Assembly (NCBI GenBank): GCA_942493375.1
Contig: OW818698.1
Location: forward strand, 6,082,139 to 6,146,138
Origin: Abditibacteriota bacterium
GTDB taxonomy: Bacteria; Armatimonadota; UBA5829
Direction: 5' to 3'
DNA length: 64,000 bases
Shown here: in pieces, positions 36,768 through 46,529 of the stretch
Layout: each line of letters starts with the position of its first letter
How positions within the stretch are numbered: the stretch's first letter is position 1
Position numbers and translations under genes: made by a program
Notes under the pieces: generated by a model
Seen by the model: the letters and a program-made list of their open reading frames with translations, nothing else
The model's database searches: none
What the model was told of the DNA's origin: nothing

Positions 36768-39014
36768 ATGAAAATACTATCAACAAGGTTATTGTTATTA
36801 CTGATATTTATTCTGATATCGGCAGCCGCCGTTTTAGCTGCGCCGAATGCCGGAGTGTTCTGTGGTAAACAGAAAATCGGCGGAAGCGATTATTATGTGC
36901 TATCCAATGCATATACAAGCCTCTCTCTTAATGCCTCGGACCTGACATTATCTGCAATAAGGGTCCCTGGTAAAGAAAACCTGGTCACAGATCCAGGCTG
37001 GCCTTTGTTCAGAATAGGGTTTGTTCAGGAAATCAACAACTGGTTTGAGACAAAGCAGAGCTGGAGCATCAGCGGACTTGAAGCAACTAAACGATATGCG
37101 AAAATCGTTCGCAAGGGTAGCAGTGCAACGCTGGAACTGCATTTTGATAAGTGTCCAGTAAGTCCAGGCTGGAAAGGTGTTGATGTTCTTGTGAGTATAT
37201 CACTTGATCCATCAGCCAAATACACACGCTGGAATATGGCTGTCAGTGGAATAGGACCACTCAAGCTGGGAGAGGTACGCTTCCCGGTATTGACTGGCCT
37301 GGGTAGCACTCGAAAAGGGACCGAAAAAACAGACTATATAGTTGGTCCAGTTTTTTCCGGCATGAAGTTCACAGAGCCGAGGACGAAGAACCCGTTGACT
37401 CAGGGGTTTGTTGAATATCCCGGTCCTGGAATGGCTGTGCAACTGCTTACATATTGTGATGGAATAAGTTCTCAAAGTTTCATGGTGTCTACCCTGGACA
37501 ATAGGGGATACAGAAAAACATATGAATCAATCCCCATGCCGGGTGGGAAGTCTTTCACCTGGAGCGTGATTCACTATCCTGATGGTCGCGAGACTAATGG
37601 GAAGTGGTCAATGCCATACAGTGTTGCTATCGGAGCAATAAGCGGTGATTGGTACGATGCAGCTAAAATCTACAGGGGATGGGCATCCAAACAGCCCAGG
37701 TGGAGTCCGATATTGACCCGTAAAGGTGTTCCTGACTGGTTCAAGAACCTCTCAGTATGGTATCAGGGACAGGACAGAAACCCATCTGAAGAACTTATGG
37801 TTAAACACATCGCTCAGCTTAAAGCTATACGCGAGAGACTTGGGGAAGATATTGCATTCCACTGGTATATGTGGCAGAAAGATAAGGACCACGACTACCG
37901 TTATCCTGACTATTTCCCATCTCAACCGGGGTTTAAAGAGGCAGTAGCTGAGCTCCAGAAGTCCGGAGTCCACTGTATGCCCTATATGAACATGAGGTTG
38001 TTTGATTCCTTTACAGATATGTGGATAGCAGAAAAGGCCGAACCCTGGGCTATCCCGGATGCAAAAGGCAAACTCTACGATGGAATCGTCAATGACCGCG
38101 TTAAGATGTATACAATGTGCGCTGGCACCAAATACTGGCGGGACAAACTGGTTTATATCATAACCAAAATGTTCCAGGACTACGGCACTGACGCTGTCTA
38201 TTTAGATGAACTCCATACCTATGCCTATTTATGCTATGCCGCCAACCACGAACATAAAGGCTGCGGTGGGACATATCTTGCTGAAGGTTTCCGGGAAGTT
38301 ATTGACAGAGTCCGTAAGTCTTTCCCTGACCGTCAGTTGATGTTGACTGGAGAGAATATTTCTGAGACTTATGCAGATATAATCGATGCACAGTTAGTAG
38401 CTCATTCAGACCAGAACCCGGACAGTATCCCATTACTGCAGGCGATAATGAAAGACTGTACGGTGGAACTGGGCCTGACAATGCGCAGGGACGAAGCCTG
38501 GCATATAAGTTGTTTCGCTGCAAGGACAGGATTTGCATTGACCAGAGGCAGGCAACTGGGGTGGATCCAGTTCGACCAGGGAGATATGATGGATGCCAAC
38601 CACGTAAAGCAGGTGGATTTCCTCAAGAGCTGTGCTCACGCCCGCAAAGCAGGACAGAATTATCTTCTGTATGGAGAGTTCCTAAGGACTCCTATTGTCT
38701 CTGCGGGACCGCTGGAGAGCATCCGCTGGTTTGCGGATAAACCAGACGTAATGATGAACCCCATACTTGCCGAAGCTTACAAAAGCCCGGATGGAAAACT
38801 GGGGATAGTTGCAGCCAACATCACTACTGAAGTTAAGCACGCAGCATTCAAGTTGAACTACAAAGACTGGCCAATTGTAAAAGGCAAAACATACAAAATG
38901 CTGGTCTGGCAGGCAGACAAATGGTCCGAGCCAAAAACCATAACTGCAGGGGACAGCATAACGCTAGATATTCCAGCTTACCAGCCGGTGATCCTGGAAT
39001 TACAGAAGCAGTAG
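36768..39014 (+). CDS. Secreted putative glycoside-hydrolase-like protein of unassigned family (paralog B of 5652..8381)
   Basis: GGAGA RBS. Signal peptide. Collinear similarity to the 5652 protein across the putative catalytic barrel. Confidence 0.5.
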   Translation: MKILSTRLLLLLIFILISAAAVLAAPNAGVFCGKQKIGGSDYYVLSNAYTSLSLNASDLTLSAIRVPGKENLVTDPGWPLFRIGFVQEINNWFETKQSWSISGLEATKRYAKIVRKGSSATLELHFDKCPVSPGWKGVDVLVSISLDPSAKYTRWNMAVSGIGPLKLGEVRFPVLTGLGSTRKGTEKTDYIVGPVFSGMKFTEPRTKNPLTQGFVEYPGPGMAVQLLTYCDGISSQSFMVSTLDNRGYRKTYESIPMPGGKSFTWSVIHYPDGRETNGKWSMPYSVAIGAISGDWYDAAKIYRGWASKQPRWSPILTRKGVPDWFKNLSVWYQGQDRNPSEELMVKHIAQLKAIRERLGEDIAFHWYMWQKDKDHDYRYPDYFPSQPGFKEAVAELQKSGVHCMPYMNMRLFDSFTDMWIAEKAEPWAIPDAKGKLYDGIVNDRVKMYTMCAGTKYWRDKLVYIITKMFQDYGTDAVYLDELHTYAYLCYAANHEHKGCGGTYLAEGFREVIDRVRKSFPDRQLMLTGENISETYADIIDAQLVAHSDQNPDSIPLLQAIMKDCTVELGLTMRRDEAWHISCFAARTGFALTRGRQLGWIQFDQGDMMDANHVKQVDFLKSCAHARKAGQNYLLYGEFLRTPIVSAGPLESIRWFADKPDVMMNPILAEAYKSPDGKLGIVAANITTEVKHAAFKLNYKDWPIVKGKTYKMLVWQADKWSEPKTITAGDSITLDIPAYQPVILELQKQ

Positions 39015-39034
39015 AGCATAGACTAGTTGTTAAT

Positions 39035-39068
39035 CCGACCGATCCGTCAGATCCGACTGATCGGTCGG
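39035..39068. terminator. Hairpin terminator after 36768..39014
   Basis: CCGACCGATC-CGTCAGATCCGACT-GATCGGTCGG, a 10-bp perfect stem. Confidence 0.45.
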
Positions 39069-39140
39069 ATGATTGCATTCCATAATGTAGTTGACTACCA
39101 GAATTCACAGTGTTAGCATTGATGTGTTAAGGTGAATATT

Positions 39141-39389
39141 ATGGCAAAAATACAAGTTCAACTTACTGAAAAGCAGGTGCAAACTCTCAATGAGATGGCC
39201 CATAATCGTGGGATATCAATGGCGGAAATAATACGCCGTTCTCTCGTTGAATTCATTGATGAGGCATCTCTTCCTGGTAAAGATGAATTGAGAGAACGAG
39301 CTATCGCAGCTGTGGGATCAATTCATTCCGATACTACGGATCTTTCTGCGAGGACTGATGATTATCTTGAGAAAATCTACGCAGAATGA
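39141..39389 (+). CDS. Ribbon-helix-helix (CopG/Arc-like) small DNA-binding protein. An orphan antitoxin-like gene.
   Basis: N-terminal beta-strand KIQVQLTEKQ followed by two helices (VQTLNEMAHNRGISMAEIIRRSLVEFI). The ATG at 39141 has AAGGTGA 5 nt upstream. No toxin partner is adjacent. Confidence 0.45.
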   Translation: MAKIQVQLTEKQVQTLNEMAHNRGISMAEIIRRSLVEFIDEASLPGKDELRERAIAAVGSIHSDTTDLSARTDDYLEKIYAE

Positions 39390-39416
39390 CAGTGGTTTCG
39401 CGGTACTGCCTGGCTC

Positions 39417-40295
39417 CTAATGCTTCGCAGGATGCAATGTAAATACTGATACTTCCGGGTTGCAGCGGAATCTCATTGGGATCATGCCATTGAACCCTAT
39501 CCCACGGTTTACATATAATTTTGCTTTGCCTTGCTGATACCATCCGGACCTGAATCCGAAGTGTTTGTCCATGAACTTGCGTGTAATGTAGGGAATACCG
39601 ATCTGTCCGCCATGTGTGTGCCCGGTAAGCACCAGCACCTCTCTGTCCTGAACAAAACGTGCTGTCTGCGGTTCATGAGTGATTACCACAGTAGCTGCAC
39701 CTTCAGGGATATCTTTGAAAGTGCTTTCCGCATCTGCATGCCCCTCACCCTCATCATCAATCCCAGCAATGTACAGTCCAGGCGACAGTTTCCTGGAATT
39801 ATTCTCAAGTAACGTCAGTCCATACTTACTGGCTGATTTGTGAGTTGCTTCGATTCCCCGGGAATAATCATGGTTGCCTGCAACTAAATACACACCACGT
39901 TTGGGGGTGAGTTTGGCAATTATTTCCATACACTTGTCAGCATAATCAGACGACTGACTGACAAAATCACCAGTTACTACTACATAGTCAGCGTTGCATT
40001 TATTAGCAGCTTCGACTGCCCTTTCAATCAGGCTTTCAGGCACAAATGGGCCTAGATGCAGGTCTGACAACTGCACAATCCGCAAACCATCCAACTCTCC
40101 AGGAAGGTCCTGCAGGTAAACATCATTTTGAGTTACATCAATATGCAGTGTTTCAACGGAAATCTTCCAAATGCCAAGCAGCATGAGCATTCCAACAGTT
40201 ATCCGGACGGCAATTTTGTGGCGGTCATAAAAACGAATAGGCATAAAAATAAATACGCGAGATACATCAACAGAGTTCCCGGAGCAATTACCCAC
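39417..40295 (-). CDS. Membrane-anchored calcineurin-like metallophosphoesterase
   Basis: Motifs IVQLSDLHLG, VVVTGDFV, GNHDY and GHTHGGQ. The N-terminal TM helix suggests the true start is an internal Met. Confidence 0.7.
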   Translation of the reverse strand: MGNCSGNSVDVSRVFIFMPIRFYDRHKIAVRITVGMLMLLGIWKISVETLHIDVTQNDVYLQDLPGELDGLRIVQLSDLHLGPFVPESLIERAVEAANKCNADYVVVTGDFVSQSSDYADKCMEIIAKLTPKRGVYLVAGNHDYSRGIEATHKSASKYGLTLLENNSRKLSPGLYIAGIDDEGEGHADAESTFKDIPEGAATVVITHEPQTARFVQDREVLVLTGHTHGGQIGIPYITRKFMDKHFGFRSGWYQQGKAKLYVNRGIGFNGMIPMRFRCNPEVSVFTLHPAKH

Positions 40296-40329
40296 ATATG
40301 GAGAAAAGATGGGTTATAATCTGGTGGGG

Positions 40330-40500
40330 ATGTTTTTGAATCGCGAATTTCGCGGAAAGGAACTTGGCATAAACCGAAAAACTAACTGGTTATGCGATAT
40401 CCTTTTCCCTTCCGCGAATTCCCATCTCCTCCGCGAAATCCGCGATTCAAAAGCATGTAATTCGCGATTCAAAAGCATGTAATTCGCGATTCAAACGTTG
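40330..40500. repeat. CGCGAAT-type intergenic repeat block (family 5) including 2.5 copies of a 22-bp direct repeat
   Basis: TTTGAATCGCGAATTTCGCGGAAAGG is related to 28706..28750. ATTCGCGATTCAAAAGCATGTA occurs twice, followed by ATTCGCGATTCAAACG. Confidence 0.65.
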
Positions 40501-40617
40501 ACATACATTCCCACCCATGTTAATGTACCTTGGTTACAGATGAAAGCCTGCGCGCGCATTGTATGTGCATAGGTATACTGCTGTACAAATGGTTTCTTGA
40601 AAGGTGTTATTCGTATT

Positions 40618-41655
40618 ATGAAAGCTGTCAGACTGCACGGGCTCCGTGATCTGCGCACGCACGATGAGCCGGTGCCACAGCCGTTGCCCGGTGAAGTGCA
40701 AATACAAGTAAAGTCTGTTGGGGTCTGCGCATCCGACGGACACTGGTATAGAGATGGACGCATAGGTTCCACTGTGTTGTCTGCACCATTGATCCTTGGG
40801 CACGAGGCCTCAGGGGTTATTATTGCAGTGGGTGAGGATGTATCTCCTGAAAGAGTAGGGGAACGCATAGCCATCGAACCGGCCAAACCCTGCATGAAGT
40901 GTGAGTTCTGCCTGGCTGGACATTATAATGTATGCCCGAATATACCGTTCTTTGGAACTCCTCCGACGGATGGTTGTTTCTGCGAATATGTATGCTGGCC
41001 TGCTAACCTTGCACTAAAAGCTCCTGATTGCATGTCTTTTGATGAGATTGCAATGCTTGAACCTATGGCAGTCGGAGTATATGCTATCGATCTATCACTG
41101 ATGAAATCCACTGACAATATTCTGGTGATGGGTGCAGGTGCAATCGGACTATCGGTTATTCAGGCTGCAAAGGCTCATGGCGCTGCTCAGATTATAGTCA
41201 GCGAACCTGTCAAAGAACGCAGAGAACTGGCGTTAAAACTTGGGGCAACTGATGCAGTCGATCCAGGTAGTTCTGATGCAGTTGCAGATGTGCATGCTCT
41301 TACCAACAACCGTGGTGTAGATATAGCGTTTGAGTGCACAGGGGCTGAGCAGTCCACTGTGGATGCCTCCCGCATGGTCAAAGTGCTTGGCAAGGTGATG
41401 GTAATCGGCATACCCGATGAGGACTTCTACCATTTTGATGCATCATCCTCACGCCGCAAAGAACTGACAGTTGTCTTTGTCAGAAGAAGCAACCTTACAA
41501 CCGAACGTTCAATGGAACTGGTTGCCGAAAAGAAGATCGATGTAGCCTCCTACGCTACCCACCGTTATCCTCTGGACAAGGTAGGGGAAGCTATGGAGAC
41601 AATGATAAGTAAACGTGACGGAGTAGTAAGAGCCGTAATAGCTGTTTCAGATTAG
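40618..41655 (+). CDS. Zn-dependent medium-chain alcohol/polyol dehydrogenase (sorbitol / L-threonine 3-dehydrogenase family)
   Basis: Catalytic Zn motif GHEASGVI. Structural Zn Cys cluster CMKCEFCLAGHYNVC. Rossmann motif VMGAGAIGL. 346 aa. Confidence 0.8.
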   Translation: MKAVRLHGLRDLRTHDEPVPQPLPGEVQIQVKSVGVCASDGHWYRDGRIGSTVLSAPLILGHEASGVIIAVGEDVSPERVGERIAIEPAKPCMKCEFCLAGHYNVCPNIPFFGTPPTDGCFCEYVCWPANLALKAPDCMSFDEIAMLEPMAVGVYAIDLSLMKSTDNILVMGAGAIGLSVIQAAKAHGAAQIIVSEPVKERRELALKLGATDAVDPGSSDAVADVHALTNNRGVDIAFECTGAEQSTVDASRMVKVLGKVMVIGIPDEDFYHFDASSSRRKELTVVFVRRSNLTTERSMELVAEKKIDVASYATHRYPLDKVGEAMETMISKRDGVVRAVIAVSD

Positions 41656-41687
41656 AATTATGAATTCTGAATGATGAAGTAGGATAG

Positions 41688-41767
41688 TTGTCATCCTGAG
41701 GAACGAAGGATCTGCTTTTTACTAATGGATTATTAAAAGCAGATCCTTCGTTCCTCAGGATGACAGA
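41688..41767. terminator. Long perfect palindrome (31-bp arms, family 3) after the dehydrogenase gene
   Basis: TTGTCATCCTGAGGAACGAAGGATCTGCTTTT...AAAAGCAGATCCTTCGTTCCTCAGGATGACA. A condensed relative is at 26025..26055. Confidence 0.6.
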
Positions 41768-41803
41768 CTTTTCCAATATCTAACATCCAAAAGAGAGGGT
41801 TCA

Positions 41804-43816
41804 ATGTCCAATTATAAGCTTAGATTCAGACAAATACACCTTGATTTCCATACATCTCCCCATATTCCCGGGATAGGAGAGAAGTTTGATAAAAAACAGT
41901 GGCAGGAAGCTTTGCAGGTCGGCCATGTTAATTCGATCACTACTTTCTCCAAATGCCATCATGGCTGGTCATATCATCCAACTAACGTTGGAAAGATTCA
42001 TCCCAATTTGAATTTTGACCTGCTCAGAGCACAGTTTGATGCAAGTAAAGAGATCGGGGTCAATGTTCCGATCTATCTTTCTGCAGGCGTTGACAGCGTA
42101 GCCGGTTATGAGCATCCTGAATGGAGAGAACTCTCTTATGAAGGCGCATATTCCGGTTGGTGCGGACCCATCCACCAGGCTGGATTCATGACTATGTGTT
42201 TCAACAGCCCATATCTTGGTTATCTTTGCGATCAGATCAGTGAAGCCGTGCGGCTTTTCCCTGATGGAGACGGGATTTTCCTTGATATCATCTTCCAGGG
42301 AGATTGCTGCTGCACTTACTGTCTGGACTATATGGCAAAGAACGGTCTGGATGCTGACAAGCCCGAAGACCGCGCAAAGTGCTCTCAGCATGGTCTGAAC
42401 CAGTACTATATTGAGACCACCAAAGCATGCAAATGCGATAATCCTAACTACCCTATTTTCCACAACAGTGGTCACGTGACTAAGGGCAACCGTGATATCC
42501 TCAAACACTTCAGCCACCTGGAGCTGGAATCTCTGCCTACCGGTGGATGGGGATATGATCACTTCCCAATGTCCGCAAACTATGTTCAGAACCTTGGCTT
42601 GGACTTCCTGGGAATGACCGGCAAGTTCCACACAACATGGGGAGAGTTCGGTGGATTCAAACATCCTAACGCATTGAAGTATGAATGTGCTGCTATGCTG
42701 GCATATGGATCAAAGTGCAGCGTGGGAGACCAACTTCATCCCTCTGGTGAAGCTGACATGACTACATATAAGCTGATCGGTGAAGCATATGCGGACGTTG
42801 AAGCCAAGGAAGCCTGGTGCGATAACGTCACAGGCGTTGCCGATATTGGAGTCCTTTCCAGTGAAGCAGAGTTCAAGAGCTCTCACGCTGAGACCGGTGC
42901 CTCCAGAGTATTGCTGGAAGGTCATTTCCTGTTCAACCTGCTTGATAGAGAATGCGACTTTGCTCCATATAAACTAATGATTCTCCCTGACGGAGTTTTG
43001 ATAGATGAAGCCCTGAAAGCCAAAGTAGATGCCTACCTGGCAGGTGGAGGAAAACTCCTGCTGACCGGCGCCAGTGGACTTAAAGCTGATGGATCTGGAT
43101 TTGCATTCGATACAGGAGCTGACTGGTTCGGTGAAAGTGAGTTCAGTCCGGACTTCATTCAGTTTGCAGATAAGGTGGCTCCCTCATTCATACAGAGCCC
43201 ACTGGTTATGTATAGAAAGAGCCAGAGAATCAAAGTAACTGATGGAGAGAACCTCGGAACTATCTGTGATCCTTACTTCAATAGATCCTGGAAGCATTTC
43301 TGCAGCCATCAGCACGCACCAAGCGCAGGCCCAACAGAGTTTGCATCAGGAGTAAGCAAAGGCAACATCACTTACCTTGCACACCCTGTATTTACCATCT
43401 ATTATGCAATGGGTGCAGTTGCTTACAAAGAATACGCAGTCAACGTGATCAATTCCATACTCGGATGCAGCAATACAGTGAAGACCAATATGCCTTCAAC
43501 TGCCAGAGTCAGCATCAAAGAGCAGCCGGAGGAGAACCGTTACATCCTGCACCTGCTGTATGCAAACACTATCTCCCGTGGAGCAACTGGTGGAATGCAC
43601 ACAACAGCTTCCGATGAACGGATGGTCTCAGTTGAGGTAATTGAGGAACTTCTGCCGCTGCACGATGTAAAAGTCGATGTATGTTTGCCTAAAGAGATCA
43701 AGAAGATTACTCTTGAGCCTCAGGGAGTCGAACTGCCGATAAAGATTGAAAATGGCAGAATATCAATAGAACAGGAAAAACTAGTCTGCCATCAGATGGT
43801 GGTCCTACACTACTGA
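41804..43816 (+). CDS. Putative glycoside hydrolase of the GHL6 / beta-galactosidase-trimerisation-domain type
   Basis: The N-terminus FRQIHLDFHTSPHIPGIGEKFD...SITTFSKCHHGWSYHPT is the hallmark of the hypothetical glycosyl hydrolase 6 (GHL6) family, which carries a GH42-like middle domain. Confidence 0.6.
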   Translation: MSNYKLRFRQIHLDFHTSPHIPGIGEKFDKKQWQEALQVGHVNSITTFSKCHHGWSYHPTNVGKIHPNLNFDLLRAQFDASKEIGVNVPIYLSAGVDSVAGYEHPEWRELSYEGAYSGWCGPIHQAGFMTMCFNSPYLGYLCDQISEAVRLFPDGDGIFLDIIFQGDCCCTYCLDYMAKNGLDADKPEDRAKCSQHGLNQYYIETTKACKCDNPNYPIFHNSGHVTKGNRDILKHFSHLELESLPTGGWGYDHFPMSANYVQNLGLDFLGMTGKFHTTWGEFGGFKHPNALKYECAAMLAYGSKCSVGDQLHPSGEADMTTYKLIGEAYADVEAKEAWCDNVTGVADIGVLSSEAEFKSSHAETGASRVLLEGHFLFNLLDRECDFAPYKLMILPDGVLIDEALKAKVDAYLAGGGKLLLTGASGLKADGSGFAFDTGADWFGESEFSPDFIQFADKVAPSFIQSPLVMYRKSQRIKVTDGENLGTICDPYFNRSWKHFCSHQHAPSAGPTEFASGVSKGNITYLAHPVFTIYYAMGAVAYKEYAVNVINSILGCSNTVKTNMPSTARVSIKEQPEENRYILHLLYANTISRGATGGMHTTASDERMVSVEVIEELLPLHDVKVDVCLPKEIKKITLEPQGVELPIKIENGRISIEQEKLVCHQMVVLHY

Positions 43817-43844
43817 TTGTAGCCAAATAAGGGAAATGGCACTG

Positions 43845-43874
43845 TTGGGGCTGAACAATATGTTCAGCCCCAAT
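43845..43874. terminator. Hairpin terminator after the GHL6 gene
   Basis: TTGGGGCTGAACA-AT-ATGTTCAGCCCCAA, a perfect 13-bp stem. Confidence 0.55.
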
Positions 43875-44003
43875 GTGCGGATTAATACTATATTACAGAA
43901 AACCACTCACCCAATTCCCCCTTGAAAGTGGGAATGAAGTTGGACATTTACAACGGGTGAAATATAAAACCGAATACTGAAAAAATACATAGGTTGTAAT
44001 ATC

Positions 44004-45017
44004 ATGAGATATATTCTAGCAGTAGACAGTGGAGGCACCAAGACGGAATCGATTTTGGTGCAGGAAGATGGAGTCCCTATAGGTTGGGGACGTTTTGACG
44101 CCAGTGCACAGACTGCCGGCCACAGTGTTGTTGGGGGCGGTCGCAGTAAAGAATCTATTGTATCTGCAATTGAACAGGCTATGGGAGACTACCGCCCGGA
44201 TACACTATATATCAAACACGGTTATGGATCTTTAATGGGTGAGATCTTTCCGTATGAATGCCATCTTAATAAACTTAGTGTAGGCGAATATACCGGGGCA
44301 TATGCTTTAGCCGGTGAGACATGCGGGATTGTAGCGCTATGCGGTACCGGAGCGTTCATCCGTGGAGAGACCCGGGATGGCCGTACTTTGCACTTGGACG
44401 GATTTGGTCCCAACCTTGGGGATTATGGTAGTGGATATCAGATAGGTATCCAGGCGATCCGCGCTGCTGCCCGATCGGAGTTTCATCCCAGGCACGCCAC
44501 TAATCTAGTCAAACCAGTTCTGGAGACCTGCCTTGGGACTTCGGAGAAAAAGAGTGTTTACGATCTTATCCACTATATGCTCCAGTTCCACGATAGATCA
44601 GAGATTGCGGCTCTGGCAAAAGTCGTCGATCGTATGGCAAATGCCGGGGATAAGATCGCAATTACTATTCTGAGACAAAACGCTGCAGGCTTGGCTGAAA
44701 CACTCTTTGATGTAGTGGACCGTTTGGGAATAGCAAATGAGGACTATGTGCTTGTAGGCAGTGGAAGTATTTGCACAAAGTCCAATATTTATTGGAAAGA
44801 ATTCTGCAGGCTGGTAAAGAGGTTTGCTCCCGGTCTCAGACCCGTTCGACTCGATATGCCGAACGTTATAGGAGAAGCCCTTATGATGCTAAAGCAGGTT
44901 GATCCCACAGACTGGCAGGAGAAGCGTCTGCGGTTGCTTTCCGGCGCTCCTGCGCTAATGTCAGCAGCAGCCAATAAACAAGTTGCACCACCCGCAAGAC
45001 CTAATGATGCGGGTTAA
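44004..45017 (+). CDS. BadF/BadG/BcrA/BcrD-type ATPase (N-acetylglucosamine-kinase-like sugar kinase)
   Basis: ASKHA fold N-terminus ILAVDSGGTKTE. A second phosphate motif ALCGTGAF. 337 aa. Confidence 0.65.
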   Translation: MRYILAVDSGGTKTESILVQEDGVPIGWGRFDASAQTAGHSVVGGGRSKESIVSAIEQAMGDYRPDTLYIKHGYGSLMGEIFPYECHLNKLSVGEYTGAYALAGETCGIVALCGTGAFIRGETRDGRTLHLDGFGPNLGDYGSGYQIGIQAIRAAARSEFHPRHATNLVKPVLETCLGTSEKKSVYDLIHYMLQFHDRSEIAALAKVVDRMANAGDKIAITILRQNAAGLAETLFDVVDRLGIANEDYVLVGSGSICTKSNIYWKEFCRLVKRFAPGLRPVRLDMPNVIGEALMMLKQVDPTDWQEKRLRLLSGAPALMSAAANKQVAPPARPNDAG

Positions 45018-45032
45018 TGAATAGAGAGGTAA

Positions 45033-45779
45033 TTGAAAATGGTTCCTGTAAAGTATCTTAACGCAATTCGGGGTATCCTCGACCATCTGGAAAACACTCA
45101 GTTGGACAACGTAGAGAAAGCAGCAGACATTTGCATAGAGTCCATCAACAATGGTGGTATGATCTACACTGCAGCTATCGGTCACAGCAATGAAGCCGAT
45201 TTCCTCAACAGAGCTGGTGGACTGGCTGTAATCCAGGCATTTAGTTTCAACTTCAACGTCAATGCTGGAGTTCCTACCTGCAAGCAAAACCGCGAGAGAC
45301 CGGAACCGATTGAAGTCGATCTGGAGACAGTCCGTTTTGCTCTCAAAGCTGGAAACGTAAGGGCAGGGGATGTTATGGTCATTGGATCAGTCTCAGGTAA
45401 AAGCCGTTATCCGGTAGAGCTTGCAATAGCATGCGCAGATATGGGAGTCAAAGTCATTGGCTTCACTTCACTAGAATATACCGCCAATGTTGAGTCCACC
45501 CATCCTTCGGGCAAGAAGCTGCTTGACGTATGTGATGTAGTAGTAGACAACGGCGCTCCTTATGGTGATGCTGCTGTTGAGATCCCTGGAATGGACAACA
45601 AGATGCTACCGGTCTCCGGAGCTTCGATGGTTGTTTCAGGCTGGCTTATCTGGGGTCGTGTCATGGAGAAAATGACCGCTGCCGGTAATGCTCCCACCAC
45701 ATTCATCAGCATCAATGGCAAGGGCGGCAAAGAGTTCTATGACAACGCTATTGCCCAGTATAACGAGCGAGGTTACTAA
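45033..45779 (+). CDS. UPF0309-type SIS-domain protein, paralog 1
   Basis: Collinear with the next gene (GGMIYTAAIGHS... / VIGSVSGKSRYPVELA... / GKKLLDVCDVVVDNGAPYGDAAVEIPG). Confidence 0.6.
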   Translation: MKMVPVKYLNAIRGILDHLENTQLDNVEKAADICIESINNGGMIYTAAIGHSNEADFLNRAGGLAVIQAFSFNFNVNAGVPTCKQNRERPEPIEVDLETVRFALKAGNVRAGDVMVIGSVSGKSRYPVELAIACADMGVKVIGFTSLEYTANVESTHPSGKKLLDVCDVVVDNGAPYGDAAVEIPGMDNKMLPVSGASMVVSGWLIWGRVMEKMTAAGNAPTTFISINGKGGKEFYDNAIAQYNERGY

Positions 45780-45780
45780 T

Positions 45781-46521
45781 ATGTCCTCAGAGGCATACCT
45801 GAACGCAGCCATAAAGGCCTTAGAGACCGTCAGAGATACCCAGGCTGAGAAGACAACCGAAGCTGCTACAATGATCGCCGATGCCATACAGGCAGGAGCA
45901 AGCATATACTCATTCGGCGCCAGCCACTCGTTCATTCTGACTGAAGAGATGGTCTATCGGACAGGTGGACTTATGTTGATCAATCCCGTGTATCCACACG
46001 GGATGAACATTATGATCCGCCCGATGACTCAGACCAGCAAGCTGGAAAGAGTATTAGGACTGGGAGCAGAGCTCTTGAACTCCGGACCTGCAAAGGCGGG
46101 AGATGTCCTGATAATTGCCAGCACCTCGGGCCGCAATGCGGTAGCCATTGATATGGCAGCAGCAGCAAAAGAAAAGGGCATGAAGACTATCTGCATAACA
46201 TCCATCGACTACTCATCAGGCGTCACCAGCAGACACCCGAGTGGGAAGAAAGTCATGGATTTGTGTGATGTAGTCATAGACAACTGCTCCCCCTATGGAG
46301 ATGCAGTAACCCAGATCCCAGGCTTTCCGCAAAAAGTAGGACCCCTATCTACTGTTACCGGAGTAGCGATAGTCAACAGTATGGTCTGTGAGGTAGTCAG
46401 CATACTAGTAGACCGTGGAATAGAACCCCCAGTCTACCTGAGCGCCAACCTGGACGGCGGAGAAGAATACAACGCCCGCCTAATAGCCGAAAACAAAGAC
46501 CGCATACACTATCTGGACTAA
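45781..46521 (+). CDS. UPF0309-type SIS-domain protein, paralog 2
   Basis: The ATG at 45781 is preceded by a GAGGT RBS. ASIYSFGASHSFILTEEMVYRTGGLMLINPV...SGRNAVAIDMA...SGKKVMDLCDVVIDNCSPYGDAVTQIPGFPQKVGPLSTVTG...IEPPVYLSANLDGGEEYN matches the UPF0309 family (Bacillus-type) over its full length. Confidence 0.7.
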   Translation: MSSEAYLNAAIKALETVRDTQAEKTTEAATMIADAIQAGASIYSFGASHSFILTEEMVYRTGGLMLINPVYPHGMNIMIRPMTQTSKLERVLGLGAELLNSGPAKAGDVLIIASTSGRNAVAIDMAAAAKEKGMKTICITSIDYSSGVTSRHPSGKKVMDLCDVVIDNCSPYGDAVTQIPGFPQKVGPLSTVTGVAIVNSMVCEVVSILVDRGIEPPVYLSANLDGGEEYNARLIAENKDRIHYLD

Positions 46522-46529
46522 GAAACATA

